Shown here: piece by piece, positions 38,015 to 51,354 of the stretch
Layout: each line of letters opens with the position of its first letter
How positions within the stretch are numbered: position 1 is the stretch's first letter
Origin: Dipteris shenzhenensis
Lineage: Eukaryota
Reading direction: 5' to 3' (one strand)
Length of the DNA stretch: 64,000 bases
Assembly: GCA_047967505.1 (NCBI GenBank)
Contig: CM106538.1
Translations under genes and position numbers: made by a program
Notes under the pieces: generated by a model
Databases searched by the model: none
Seen by the model: only the letters and a program-made list of their open reading frames with translations
Told to the model about the DNA's origin: nothing

Positions 38015-40651
38015 TGTTGGTAAACTGAAAGGAAAGGAAAGAGTGGACACAAACTTAGAATACTTGCATTATGGAATGAAGAAGAGTGAGGTCCTTAAGT
38101 AGGCACCTCATGCTTGCTCACTGACATCACTGATGACTTCAGAGCTCCACAATCATCTCCTCAATCTGCTCCTAGATTCTCTCAATCATCCTATGTGGCT
38201 CTCCACCACCTAACTGTGCTTATGGGCACCTAACTGTGCCTCTAGCACTCACACATAGAAACCAAGGTGTGCCTGAGGCATACACCTTGAGATATCCCAT
38301 CAAACCCCCCCTCAAGGGAATGCCTCAAGCTATGTCAAGGATACATCTAGTCTCATAGTTTCTCATGCCATCTCATGGTGGTCAAGGATAAATCTATGGC
38401 TAGGTTCTCATGCTAGCAAGGGTTCCCATGGGTGTAAGGTAAACAAAAGGGATACAAAAAGACCTTCCAATGGTTATCTCCCCTGCATGTACATGCACAA
38501 AATGTCTGCAGGAGGTACCATGGAGCAAAACATACACATGGCCTACATCATAAGGTGACCAGAGGTGTTTACAAAACACACAAAACACGAGTAAAACACA
38601 ATAGTTTATTTCATTCATTTTGGAGGACTATCCAGGCTGAGTACCTTGACATAAAAAGAGAGATCTGGAGCATACATAGAGATGTTTTTAAAATGCATAA
38701 TCTTCAAAGGATGCCTCATCTTGTGGAAGCTCATCAACTGAAAGTAGATTAGCATTTTCTGTCTTTGCTTTGGCTCTGCAAAACTTCTCATTATGGTTGT
38801 TCTTGCCACGGTGCTTGCATGGATTAATTTTGAAGCAGTCCTTTGAAAGGTGATTTGTCTTTCCACAGTGATTGCAAGGGGTATACTTGCCCTTCTGGAC
38901 TTTTACATCATAAACAATGTCATTGCCTTTCCTGAGCTCCATATGCCTTTCTTCTTCTTGGAGAGCAGAGATAATACCTTCAAGATTAGGATTAGGAAGA
39001 TTTTTCAAAGTGGTAACTATGTGATCATAATCTTCAGGCATACTCTTAAGTAACACTGCCATAGCATCATTTGGAGTAATAGGAGAATTGATAGAAGCTA
39101 ATTGAGTCATAAGACTCTGCATATAGTTGACATGAGCTGCCAAAGTAGTACCACTAACCATCTTCAATTCAAAGAAAGAGATTTTAAGTGATAATTTAGA
39201 GATGTGAGAGCTAGCACCAAAAATCATGTCAAGCTTCTGCCAAGCTTCTGAAGGAGACTCTAAGTCAGAGATATGGTGAATATAATCATCTCCTAAAGCA
39301 AGAGCAATGATACCATATGCTTTCTCCTCTCTAGCGAGATCCCTTACCGGTCATGTCGGAGTTGAGGATTCTCCAGTAGTGGAGGCTGTAGAAGAAGCGA
39401 TTGGAGTCGGTTTGACAAGTCCCCATAGGTTCTCCCTCATTAATGCAAATTTCACTTTCATCTGCCATGTGTGGAAGCCCTTTCCATTGAACTTCTCTAG
39501 ACTCAATAGGGTATCCATGAGAGGGTCTAACCCAGATATTGGGCAGTGTCTATCTCTCTTAGAAGGCAAAAAATAACTGAAAGACTTGCAAAATATAAGC
39601 ACTTGATGTAGCAAAGACTAGTGACCAATATTCAATCAATGATGCTTCTTCTTACATGCTTCATAGAGGTGGCTAAAATGAATACTTTCCAATCAAAACT
39701 AGGTCTAGCAATTCAAAGAAAAACTGAAGCCACACTTGTACTGATGTTATTGAAAGTTTCAAAAAACTAGAAATGCTAGAATAGCATCTTCTTCAAAAAC
39801 TTGTCAAAACTATCAAAACCAAAAGGCTGAACTTGGAGGGCTTGTAGCTTACTCTTCAGAGCAAAGGAAAAGGGGGTTTTTAAGGCAAAAGAGAGCTATT
39901 ATACCATAGAAGATCCTTTGGGAAGAAGAGGCACAAAAAGGTGTCAGAACTCCATAGCTTGCCTTTCCAATTTTGACTGGTTTTTCTCTGTTTTCAGCTT
40001 GAATAAGCAACCATTGCTGCTCAGATTTCAGCACAGGATATCTCTAGGTATAGAAAATCTACCCCTGAAAGGAATTAGAGGAAGATGAAGTGTGCTAAGA
40101 GAAAACACAGAAGAAGAAATCGACGATTTTCGTGTAATGGCGACAAAACAGGCACGGCTTTCTCAGATTCCTCTCAGCCAGGGGTTCACCCCTTCAAGGT
40201 GGATCTCCAGCAGGAAGGACGTGGGAAATGGCTAAGAACCGGAGGAGAACAAGCTTAAGCAAACTTTGGGAAGAAGAGGGAGAGATGGTGAAGAAGAAGA
40301 TGAAGAAGAAGATGATGATGTGGTAGAAATGGGCTCAAGGGGGATCAAAGGGCTCTGGTACCATGTTGGTAAACTAAAAGGAAAGGAAAGAGTGGACACA
40401 AACTCAGAATACTTGCATTATGGAATGAATAAGAGTGAGGTCCTTAAGTAGGCACCTCATACATGCTCACTGACATCACTGATGACTTCAAAGCTCCACA
40501 ATCATCTCCTCAATCTACTCCTAGATTCTCTCAATCATCCTATGTGGCTCTCCACCACCTAACTGTGCTTATGGGCACCTAACTGTGCCTCTAGCACTCA
40601 CATATAGAAACCAAGGTGTGCCTGAGGCATACACCTTGAGATATCCCATCA
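38015..40651 (-). mobile_element. Gag-only non-autonomous LTR retroelement (TR-GAG-like) nested in the copia RT
   Basis: 288-bp LTRs 38015-38302 and 40364-40651; perfect TSD CATGG; PBS TGGTACCAGAGC (40352-40363); PPT next to 38303; no pol. Confidence 0.95.
38688..39518 (-). pseudogene. gag: Copia-type Gag with two zinc knuckles and a single in-frame stop
   Basis: MDTLLSLEKFNGKGFHTWQMKVKFALMRENLW...LLKSMPEDYDHIVTTL...CNHCGKTNHLSKDC..CKHRGKNNHNEKFC; TGA at 39351-39353. Confidence 0.9.
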
Positions 40652-41746
40652 CATGGTACCAGTGAATTGATGCCTACTTTCTGCAAAACAGGTTCAGGAG
40701 GAGCCCATCTGATGCAAATTTGTATATCTTCAAAGAAGGAGGTAGGTGTATGATCATGGTCCTTTATGTGGATGACCTTGTCATAATAGGGAACCATGAA
40801 GAGAAGATCTCATAGGCGAAGCATTTGCTAGGAAGAGAGTTTGAAATGACAGACCTCGGACTGATGCATTTCTGTTTGGGGATTGAATTTTGGCAGGAGC
40901 CAAAACAGATCTTCATTTCACAGCTAAAGTATGCTGGAGAGATATGAAGGCATTTGGCATGGCTAAGTGCAAGACAGTTGGTACCCCTATGGAGGTTGAC
41001 GCGAAGCTCTCAAACGAGGATTCATCACCACTGGTGGATGAAGCGAAGTACAAAAGGCTTGTGGGTAGCTTGATTTACCTGTGCAACACACGGTTGGACA
41101 TCAGTTTTGTGACTAGTGTACTAAGCAGGTTTTCCAATAAGCCCCGGGAGAACCATTGGAGGGCAGGGATGCAGGTACTCAAATACATCAAAGGCACACT
41201 TGATTATGGCATCACCTATACCAAGGGCAACATCTTGACCAGATTCTGTGACTCGGATTGGGCAGGAGACATGGACAGCAGGAGATCAGTGACAGGGTAC
41301 TGTTTCTGACTTGGATCTGGAGTTGTGTCATGGGTCAGCAAGAAGCAACCTCGAAGTAACCCACAGTTGCTCTTTCTTCTATTGAGGCCGAGTACAAATT
41401 TGCATGCTTTGCTTCTTGCGAGGCAGTGTGGTTGAGGAGGATTTTGGGGGACATGGGTGCAGTGCAGAACAAGCCTACGCAGTTATCATGTGACAATCAA
41501 AGTTGCATGGCGATTGCAAAGAACTCGATGTTCCACGCTCACACAAAACACATTGAGATTCAATATCACTTTGTATGTGAGCTCATCATGGATGGAGAGG
41601 TCGACTTGGTGTACTGTCCAACTACAGAGAATGCTGCGGACATCTTCACGAAGGCTCTTGGAAGAGACTTGCTAGAGAGGCATCTTCATGGACTTGGCAT
41701 TGGGCCAAAAAAGCAAGTTCACTTGCAGGTGGACATTGAGGGGAGG

Positions 41747-42471
41747 TGTTAGATATCAATGCTCCACTCTCATGTAACTATGCAGGAACCAGCTAACTCT
41801 ACTTATAAGGCCCCCATATGAGGAGAAGGCATTTGAGTAGCTCGGTTATCCGGTAGGTCCTGGTTTGGACACTAGATGGGGGCCATGTGTGGCCTGATGG
41901 CTGGAGGGCTTCAGATAGAGTTGGCACACCACCAACTAGGCTACATGCAAGTGCAAGAAGGCATCCCTTGACTGACCCCACTGAGGGTAGATGGAGCATT
42001 TCCCGAGGCAGCCCACTCTCGGGTTGCGGGGCTTGTTTGGAGCCTCAGATGATCCCGGATGGCTCTGGGCTGAACAAAGACCGTAGGTTAGTTGGTCTAT
42101 TTTGCACACCGGTTCTATCGTATGGTCGATGGCCTATTTCAGGACCGACCCCCACCGTTTTGGGTAGACTGGGTCAGTCACCCAATTGAGCCTAATTGAC
42201 TACGATTGGTGGCTATATAAGAGCAAGCCCGTGAAGCCCATTTTATCACTGGCTATAGCAACCCTGATTCCTTAGCATCCAACCTCCGTCTTCTACTATT
42301 TCCAACATGCCATCAAAGCTTCTTTCACAGGAGCACACGGTTGGGAGGCAGCGCCATCTATTGTATCAGTTCTATAGTAATCAAATATTTTATTCTCTAC
42401 TATCTTGTTTTCTCTCTTGCATACAAGATCCTGTTATCTGTTGAGCACAGATGTTATATTATTTTCTTACA
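41747..42471 (+). repeat. 3' LTR of the copia element
   Basis: Direct repeat of 34271-35001. Confidence 0.95.
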
Positions 42472-42889
42472 AATACTACCTGTAACCTTGGTCATGTACA
42501 TTGTTGTTTCATGAAGTGTCATTTTTGGCTACAAGATCATGTACAATTGTTCAGTTAGATCATGAACATAATACCATACCATGTAATTATTCTTTGTGAC
42601 TTGCATCACATCTTGCCTAGCTGTAGTGCTTTTTGAATGCTTTCAAATGTTATTAGTAACTTGGATCATGTGCCCTATGGTTGGATCATAAAGTATTACT
42701 TTTGCTAATGGATCATGACCATTACTTGATTGATGTATATATTATGGTTTCTCACATATTTGGTACAACCAATCATACTTGGCTTCTCTTTTGGGGGAAG
42801 ACAAATAAACAATCATAGAAAATGGCAAGAAAATAAACAATCATAGAAAATGAAAGCAAGCATGGGAAATAAATTAATTAGAATGTGAT

Positions 42890-44717
42890 CTAGAGATCAT
42901 AAGGCATGCTATTGTAGAGAGCCTTGTACTCTTCAAGTGATAGCAAGTACAAGTTTCTCTCTCGCTTAATGGATTCTAGTGGAAACTTGATTGACCTTAC
43001 AAGATGGGAATATAATATGACCTCAAGTTTGTGATCAAGAAGCTTGTAGTGGCAGTCACCGTGATGACCATAAAAGAGACCCTTTAAAACAAAGGAGTTT
43101 GTAGCAATTATGTTGCCCCAAGAATCCTGTGTAGCCTTTTGGATCTTCCCCTTAGCTTTGGCACACTTCAAGATGTAGAATTCAATGCCCTCTTCATTTT
43201 CTACCTCTGCATTCACTGCGAAGTGGTCCCCCACACAAAGAGCATCGCTAAGCATTTCATGATGCCATTCAAATAGAGGCCCCTCAATGAGTTCCTCATG
43301 AGTCTCCAAAACACCTACATTGTCAAGAAAAATGATGTGATATTCCCAACTGGGCACATGCTTCGTATTGGTGCAGTGTCCTCAAGACTCTTGAATAGAA
43401 GCATTACAGTAGCACGACAACCTTTTCATAGCTATTTGACTAACAACCCCTTGTGCAGCTCCTCGAATACAATGCATGGATTTTGTTTGTGGCATAGGTT
43501 GACAGTCCCACTATTTAGATCTTTCAATATCTCCTTCCTTAACAACCCAAAACACTCGTGCTACATTTGTCTCCTTAGATGCATAGCTGGATTGATCCCC
43601 ATGAGACAAGTTGGCCCTCCAAAGTTCCACGACATCTCTTACATTTTTTAAGGTGGCTCTATTTGTCTTTAGTTGTGCTCTCTTCACAACATCCCTAGCC
43701 CCATCGTGCTCGCCCTTTACATGTCCATATCTAAAGAAACTCCATGTCATCTTCAAACCCACCAGCTGTTCAAATCTAGAAATGAAATAGAAAGGTCTTC
43801 TAGCCTTGAATTGAGAGGCTGCTCCATCCGACCAAACCCAATGCCTAATCAGTTTCAACCATTGACTGGACAACCAGCTATGATGTAGCATAAAGCAATG
43901 CTAGACAAAGAGGGTGTCGTGCACCTTGTCATCTAAAATGAAAAAACAAAATATCTTCTTCACCTCAGATCCAATATAGACATATGTTATGTGGACAAAA
44001 ATTGTAACCTGGCTGGAGTGCTAGTGCATGGACTAAACCTCGTTTCGCTCCTTAAAAGAATAGGTCTCTGTGAAGTGCACCATTGAAACCACATCTTTAG
44101 AAAACCTCAGCACACACTCTTTGAACTGTTCAACCTGCCACCTGCAAGTGTAATTATGCTTGATGAATATTTTGAGGTGTGCCTTCATCAACTGTATAAG
44201 TTCGTTGCAATACATCTCCTTGCCAATAAGGTCTTTCCTTTGCTTCTTTTTCCCCTACACCATGGTTCCTGTCTCCACATTCTGGAATACCTTCACCATC
44301 ACATTTCTAGAAACGAAATTCATCTCATGTGGGTAGCATGCCATTTTGCATGGGCCACATTTTTTGCAGTCACTCAAAAGACACCCATGATGGTGGTAGT
44401 AGGCTTCAAGAGGTTTGGGACACAACACAGAATTCCAAAGACTACTGACATCCATGCTAGCATGTTGAACAGCTTTGTAGCCACACTACCCTTCACTATT
44501 TCCACATACCTTACAGTCACAGTTGTAGCATGCTCCATGAATCCCAAAACTCTTGGTTGACTACATCCTTCGAAAAACACATTTGCACATGATAAATGTA
44601 GTAGCATGTGTACATGTCCTTCATCTTTCAAATGAAATAGGGCTTTAAGCACTCAAATGGGCATTGTTGAATCTTGATCTCTAGAAAATTTTCCTTGAAT
44701 AGTTGGAAGAACTCAAC
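42890..44717 (-). pseudogene. Sola2-like transposase, copy C, catalytic exon
   Basis: VEFFQLFKENF..IKI..CPFECLKPYFI; HFTETYSFKERNEV*SMH*HSSQVTIFVH; DDKVHDTLFV; HWVWSDGAASQFKARRPFY; WSFFRYGHVKGEHDGARDVVKR; AG acceptor at 44718-44719. Confidence 0.8.
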
Positions 44718-45938
44718 CTATGTCGGTGCACAAAACAAAGGGAGCACAGTTGGATAGAAATCACTCTATGGATAGTAATCAGTAAAGCACTCCATGGACA
44801 TACTAAGAACTTGTAAAGCAATAACATAGCACGTACAAAGAACTTGTAAATTTTATGCAAAGCACATTACAAGTAGAAAGAATTGGAAAAGCACTCATAA
44901 AGCAATCAAGAAAAACCCAAGCATTCATAAAGCACTGCCAAAGTAGTAACAACCACATGCAAAGCACATGTAAAGCTCATGCACAACACTGCCAAAGCAC
45001 ATGTAAATATCTCCTAAAGCATATATTGAAGATGGATGCCAAATGTCATCAATTATATATATGAAATTATGCTTAAGTACATGTGTCAATGGATCTTTAA
45101 AAAAGAAATCTTTGATTTATTAAATCATTAGTATGCACCTGCTCACAATGCTCGACAAGAACAAAAGTATCACTCTCATTGGTCCAAAGTTTGGTGGAGT
45201 CTATTGCAAAGAAACCGCTACTGTCTTTTCTCACCATCGCATGGGGATCATTGTAAACAGTTTGAAACCATTTTACATCAAAAATGAAAATACTAAATCA
45301 TTTGAAATCAATTTCATAGATTTTGCATATGGTTCCACAATAATCCAACTGTGAGGAGAGAAGATTGGTATTCAAAGCACTTGCTCGGCTATCTTGTGTG
45401 AAGTTAGCCATGACTCCACAATCATACATGACTCTCTTTGAATCGATGCGTTCCACACAAAAATGTCATCCGTATGACCATAATGCACTGTACTTTTTGT
45501 ACTGCAAAAGAGCATCATTAAAACAATGAAGATGCATCTATTTTATAGCATATATTGCCACAAACAATCACTCAATTACGTCAAGAGGTAAGAAACTTAC
45601 ATGCATCATACATCTAGATGATAACTCTCACTCGTACTCGTTTATTATCTCTCCATCACATTCGGCTTTACGCAAAGCAGTTGTAGCCAATCAAGTGACA
45701 TGTGAGTGGGGAGAAGGGCAAGATCCCATGGGTGGATATGGTTGCGATCGCCTATACATTACTCTGAATCTCGTCCTTGCATTTATTCTTTCTACTTTGG
45801 TAGCTTCATATCTCTCAATCCACTTTTGCATCTCCTTGCTATTGAGGATAAAAAACTTATTGAATTTCTCCATTTGCTCTTCGCTCATCTTTCTTTCAAT
45901 CCCTTTCCCTTGGGGAACCTCACCAATGATGCGATCAT

Positions 45939-47306
45939 CACTACAAGGCATAGGCCCTTTTCCGATGAAAATACCGACGTATTTTACACTAATTTTTTTT
46001 CTTTGACGAGCGTAAAGGTCGTTATTTACATCGTTATAAGCGTCGAAAAAGAACGGTCGCTATATAGCGATGCTAATAAACATCGCTATATAGTGACACT
46101 GGTAAACATCGCTATATAGCAATGATTAAATGAACTTTAAAAAAACATTAGTGGGGCTAAACAGGGCCACAACAAGCGCTGTTTTGCCCCACTAATGTTT
46201 TTTTTTAGTAATTACAAATAAAGTTTTTTATTACAAAATTTCCCTTGTGAAAAGGGTGATACAAAATCGCTCAAATGAACCGATCGAGCGACAGAAGCAT
46301 ATACATATCAAAGATATACAACATTGTTTGTTACAAAATTACCCTTCCAAAAAGGGTGTGCTTGAGAAGAACTTTTCCTCGAGCATTATGACAACTCAAG
46401 TTCACTTGCTTGTGCACATAGTTGATGAGGTGGCCATTGCAGATACCGTTCATAGTCGGTGGATGTTTTTTCTCGAGTAGTTTATGAAAACTTTAAAGGG
46501 ATTTGTAAGACAAAGAGCAAGACCAGAAGCAAGCATGGGAGAGGGATGGCTTGTGCAAGAGTCATTAGTATATATCACGGAGTTTCTTGCATCCACGGAT
46601 CCTGATATGCTGCAAGCTTGGCATAACAAGGATGATGATTGCATCGTCGTGAGGTTCCCCAAGGAAAAGGGATTGAAAGGAAGATGAGCGAAGAGCAAAT
46701 GGAGAAATTCAATAAGTTTTGTATCCTCAATAGCAAGGAGATGCAGAAGTAGATTGAGAGATATGAAGCGGCCAAAGCAGAAAGAATAAATGCAAGGACG
46801 AGATTTAGAGTAATGTACAGGCAATCACAACCATATCCATGGGATCTGGCTCTTCTCCCCACTCACATGTCACTTGATTGGCTACAACTTGCTCTATGTA
46901 AAGCCAAATGCGATGGAGAGACAATAAACGAGCGTGAGTGAGAGTTATCATCTGGATTTAGGATGCATGTAAGTTTCTTATCTCTTGATGTAATTAAGTA
47001 ATTATTTGTGGCAATATACGCTATAAAATAGATGCATCTTCATTGTTTTAATGATGCTCTTTTATAGTACAAAAAGTACAGTGCATTATGGTCATATGGA
47101 CGACATTTTCACACGGAACGCATCGCTTCAAAGAGAGTCACGTATGATTGTGGAGACTTTAGCAAATGTCACTATATAGCAACGTTTGACTAAAGTCACT
47201 ATATAGCAACCCTTAATGAACCCCAATTCCAATACCAATGATTAGTGCCCCGCGCACACTAAACATTGGTACTTAAGTGTCGCAATAGGATTCGTGTGTA
47301 GTAGTG
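45939..47306 (+). mobile_element. Non-autonomous CACTA deletion derivative (~1.37 kb) inserted in the parent-family transposase
   Basis: CACTACAAGG at 45939 and GTAGTAGTG ending at 47306; perfect 3-bp TSD CAT; subterminal GCTATATAGC repeats; internal TnpD fragment 46355-47155 on plus. Confidence 0.9.
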
Positions 47307-47619
47307 CATCATCCTTGTTATGCCAAGCTTGCGGCATATCAGGATTCGTGGATGCAAGTAACTCCGTGATATATACTAATGACTCTTGGACAAGCCATCC
47401 CTCTGCCATGCTTGCTTCTGGTCTTGCTCTTTGTCTTACAAATCCCTTCAAAGTTTTCATAAACCACTCGAGAAAAAACATCCACTTATTATGAACGGTA
47501 CATATAATGACCACCTCATCAACTATGTGCACAAGCAAGTGCACTTGAGTTGTCATAATGCTCGAGGGAAAGTGCTTCTCAAGCAAGCATATGGCTTCAA
47601 TGGAATCCACCCTCTCTCT

Positions 47620-48100
47620 TTTAAACATATGCTTTCTCTCTTTTTCTCTTATGCATATGCTTTTTCTTATCTTATGGTTATGCTTATGCATGAGCATATG
47701 TCTGCTTCTCCTTCTCCTTCTTCTTTCCTTCTCTTCTTTTTCCCTCTCTTTTTCTCTTCTTTTCATAAGCATATGCCTATGCCTATGCCTATGCTTATGC
47801 TTATGCTTATGCTTATGCATGAGCATATGCTCATATGCTTATGCATAAGCATAAGCATATGCTTTCTCTCTTTTTCTCTTATGCATATGCTTTCTCTCTT
47901 TTTTCTCTTATGCATATTTGGTTCTTTTACCCTCTTTCAATCTCTTTTTCCCTTTTCTTTCTCTTCTTTTTCCCTCTCCTTCTCTAATGCTTCTCCTTCT
48001 CGTTTGCTTCTCTTATGCTTCTCCTTCTCTTATGCATATGCTTTCCACTTCTTACCCGCTCTTGTTTTTTGTTTTTTGTTTTTGTGTTTGTGTCTACGTT
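47620..48100. repeat. (TTATGC)n and CT-rich low-complexity tract inside the CACTA element
   Basis: Runs of CTTATG/CCTATG and TTCTC. Confidence 0.85.
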
Positions 48101-48689
48101 TGTCCAATCCCCCCAAATTAGACATAGGATCACGTCGCACGTCCGACGAGTATGAAAACTCTCGTAGGAGGAGACATCATGATCTCTATTCTTTAGAGGA
48201 CTTTGATTCTACTCAGGTGACACCTCAAGGGCCTACCCCTATGACTTGACTCCTCTTGGACGTTGCACTGGGACTACCCATTCGGGAACTCCTTTGCTCT
48301 AGCAGCCCATGGCTTTGTCGAGAGTCTTGACGAGTTTGTCACACAGATGACCAGTGCAGAGGCAACGAGATTCTTCTCTCTGCTATCCCAGAGGACCTTA
48401 GTAAATCTCTCTCCTACACCGACGGTCGGACGTACCGTCTAACCATCCCCTCTAGCCCCTTTAACATAGGGATCATCACCTGGGCATGCCCATCATAAGG
48501 GAAGGAAGAGTAGGAGGGTTTCTTATGTTGTGCTGACTTAGGAGATGTAGACAGGTTAGCACACTCACATCCCTATAGGTCTCCACTTGGTCCTGAGACC
48601 CAATACCAGTCAGGTCCCTTGCCCTCTCCTACTCCCACTGCTACTCCTCGCTTCAGAAGTGCTCGCACAAACACCACTCGCTCTAACTC

Positions 48690-49400
48690 TATCACTACCA
48701 TGAGTCCTCCTTACCTGATTGAGGACCTATCCTATCAAATCACGGCTCCTGGAGAGATAATAGAAGATAAAAAGGGTGTAGCAGTGATGGCCACCATGAG
48801 GCGGTTGATGAACCACCACTTCAGGAGCAGAATAGCTACTGAGACTGGCGGTACCAAGATGACCAAAAGAAGCAAGAATTCATCGATGAATTGAAAAGAA
48901 AATACCTTAACCCCCCAAATTAGGAGTTCAATGAAAATTACATGCAAGAGCGCATAGGTTTGGTCTTGAAGCATCATAGGTCAAGCTTGCGTACTTCCAT
49001 CGCAAAGGGGAAGGCTAAACCTACTTGGGCAGACAAAGTTGATTGGAAGTTTTTCAAGAAGCAGAATAGGGACCATCCCGAAATATTCAAGGGTCAGAGG
49101 AGGGCTGCGAGGAGACGGTTGGACTCTATAGGAACTTTGCACTTTGGTGCAGGTAGACAGTTGGCATTCAAGGCAACCGTGGTAAGTCTACTTCTTCTCA
49201 TTTAATGTATTGTTCTATTTGTTTTACTACATATTGCATCCACTTTATCCAGCTCTCGTAAATTGGGCCCACAATAAGCTACGATGGGTCGTCTTCCTAA
49301 CACAGAGATGAGACGCACGTTTTGCATAGGAACAAACCATGGTTTATTGAGCAAGAGGAATTGGGAGTGACGATTGATTGGGTTGAGGTGGCTGTTCACA
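48690..49400 (+). pseudogene. Putative CACTA TnpA/ORF2-like protein fragment
   Basis: EFIDELKRKY...YMQERIGLVLKHHRSSLR...KPTWADKVDWKFFKKQ...FKGQRRAARRR...LHFGAG, a Ptta/Transposase_24-like pattern, followed by a GTAAGT donor near 49182. Confidence 0.55.
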
Positions 49401-51151
49401 CGGTATAAGTCTACTCCTACTTGTAATCTCACTTTTTAAACTGTTTTATTCTTTAAATTTCAATCTAATTTCCAATTAATATGGTTTCACTCTTGGAATC
49501 AAAGCTCGAACGTCCCATTAGCGAAGGTGAGCAGTGATGATGAGGGATTAGGCTTACACAGCTTCGACGAGGGCCAGAGATCAGGCACAGCTCACCAGGG
49601 CCAAGGATCAGGCCAGCAGACAAGGATGAGGAGGACGACGATGATTTGGATGAGTAGTAGTAGTAGTAGTAGTAGTAGTCTGCATATACTTCGCCATATA
49701 TATGCTTTTGTATATCGGCTCGTTTGAGCGATTTGTATCACCCTTTTCGGAAGGGTAATTTTGTAACAAACAATCTTGTATATCTTCAACATGTATATGC
49801 TTCTTTTGCGCAGTTCATTTGAGCGATTTTGTATCACCCTTTCCACAAGGGAAATTTTATAATAAAAAACATTCTACACTTTCCACAAGGGAAATTTTAT
49901 AATAAAAAACATTCTTTTGTAATTACTAAATAAAAAACATTAGTGAGGCAAAACATGGCTTGATGTGGCCTTGTTTAGCCCCACTAATGTTTTTTTAAAG
50001 CTTTTGTTAATCGTCACTATATAGCGATGTTTATTAGTGTTGCTATATAGCAACGTTTACCAGTGTTGCTATATAGCAACGTTTATTAGTGTCGCTATAT
50101 AACGACCGTTCTTTTTTGACGCTTATCGCGATGTAAATAACGACCTTTGCACCCATCCAAAGAAAAATTTTTAATGTAAAAAAGGTCGGTATTTCCGTAA
50201 GAAAAGGACCTATGCCTTGTAGTGATGTAAAGCTCTGCCAAAGCACATGTAAAGTACACTTCAAATAGAAAGAAGCGGACAACTTGCCACAAATCATGCA
50301 AAGCACATTACAAGTGGAAAGCAGTGGAAAAGCACTCATAAAGCAATCAACAAAAGGACAAGCAGTCATAAAGTACTGCCAAAGCAGTAACAAGCACATG
50401 CAAAGCACTGCCAAAGCCCATGTAAAGCTCTGCCAAAGCACATGCAAAGCAATCACAAAAGCAAATCAGTGACAAAGCAACACTAAAGCATTGTCATAGC
50501 ACTGAAAAGCACATGTAAAGCACTCCCTCAACTAGAAAGTAGTGTAGAAGCAGCCACAAATCAATGCTAAAGCACTTTCAAAGCAGTCACAAAGCACATA
50601 CAGAGAACTTGTAATTTTCATGCAAAACACATTACAAGTAGAAAGCAGTGGGGGAAAGGCACATAAAGCACTGCCAAAGCCATAACAAGCACATGCAAAG
50701 CACTACCAAAGTAGTCATAAAGCATTGATAAAGCACTGACAACCAGTCAAAAAGTCAAACTATGAAAACATAGTTTTTAAAAAGAAAGCAATGGTAAAGC
50801 AGTCTCACTGACCATGAATCCAATGCCATAGAAGCTTCTAAAGTGAAAAGACAGCCCTGAAGCACTTGCAAGAGCACTTATAAAGTGACAAATCCAACTA
50901 GGCACATGTGAAAACACTTCTAACATTGCTAAAGCACATGCAAAGCACACTGTAAAGCACAAGCAGAAACTAGTCACAAACCATTCTCAAAGCAGTTACA
51001 AGAGAAGCTATGAGTAGCACAGCCACCACGCAAGAGGACCAAGTGGCATTGACAAAGAAGTCCAACAGAAGATCCACTTGAATGTGTGATTCCTTAACTT
51101 GGAGTCTACATGGCTCCGGGCCATTACACAGCAGTGAGAATGCAACCTCGA

Positions 51152-51312
51152 ATCAATTCATCATGGCAAGAACCAGTCTAGAATCAGTTCATTATGGCAG
51201 AAACCAGTTTAGAAGTAGTTCATCATGACAAAAACCAGTCTAGAAGTAGTTCATCATTGCAAAAAGTTGTCTAGAAGTAGTTCATCATGGCGAAAACCAA
51301 TCTAGAAGCAGC
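51152..51312. repeat. 31-bp minisatellite, 5 copies, in the Sola2-like intron
   Basis: TTCATCATGGCAAAAACCAGTCTAGAAGTAG variants in tandem. Confidence 0.85.
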
Positions 51313-51354
51313 TTGTTATGACTCAGACGAGGAATCATGGGGAGGCAAATCCAG

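Larger units (their letters stand above)
35066..41752 (+). pseudogene. Copia gag-pol polyprotein with stops and frameshifts, interrupted at 38015-40651
   Basis: EKLDGSNYPLWKFKM; zinc knuckle CFYCNKAGHKQNEC; protease WIIDSGA; LWHERFGHLN...CEAC; integrase [34 protein letters not shown]; RNase H FCDSDWAGD, ADIFTKAL. Confidence 0.95.
34271..42471 (+). mobile_element. Full-length decayed Ty1/copia LTR retrotransposon
   Basis: LTRs 34271-35001 and 41747-42471; PBS TGGTATTAGAGCC at 35002; PPT at 41738-41746; TSD AATAA/AATAC; domain order gag-PR-IN-RT-RH. Confidence 0.97.
45060..50224. mobile_element. CACTA/EnSpm element with left end missing, inserted in the intron of Sola2-like copy C
   Basis: Right terminus CCTTGTAGTG at 50224; subterminal GCTATATAGC repeats at 50010-50100; TnpD C-terminal DUF4218/DUF4216-type sequence on minus (LEKHFPSSIMTTQVHLLVHIVDEV...WMFFLE; YDCGVMANF...DYCGTI...FDVKWF). 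Confidence 0.85.

Noticed and set aside
47386-48249. Longest ORF in the window (287 aa) and its antisense partner 47242-47826
   Set aside because: Read-through of a (TTATGC)n/CT microsatellite plus antisense TnpD; only the DUF4218-like part of the minus ORF is genuine
45939-50224. Single CACTA element bounded by the matching CACTACAAGG inverted ends
   Set aside because: Flanks CAT and ATG are not a TSD; the 45939 end pairs with 47306 (TSD CAT), and 50224 belongs to the host element
51152-51312. 31-bp repeats of CRISPR-like length
   Set aside because: Head-to-tail with no unique spacers, eukaryotic intron context and no cas genes
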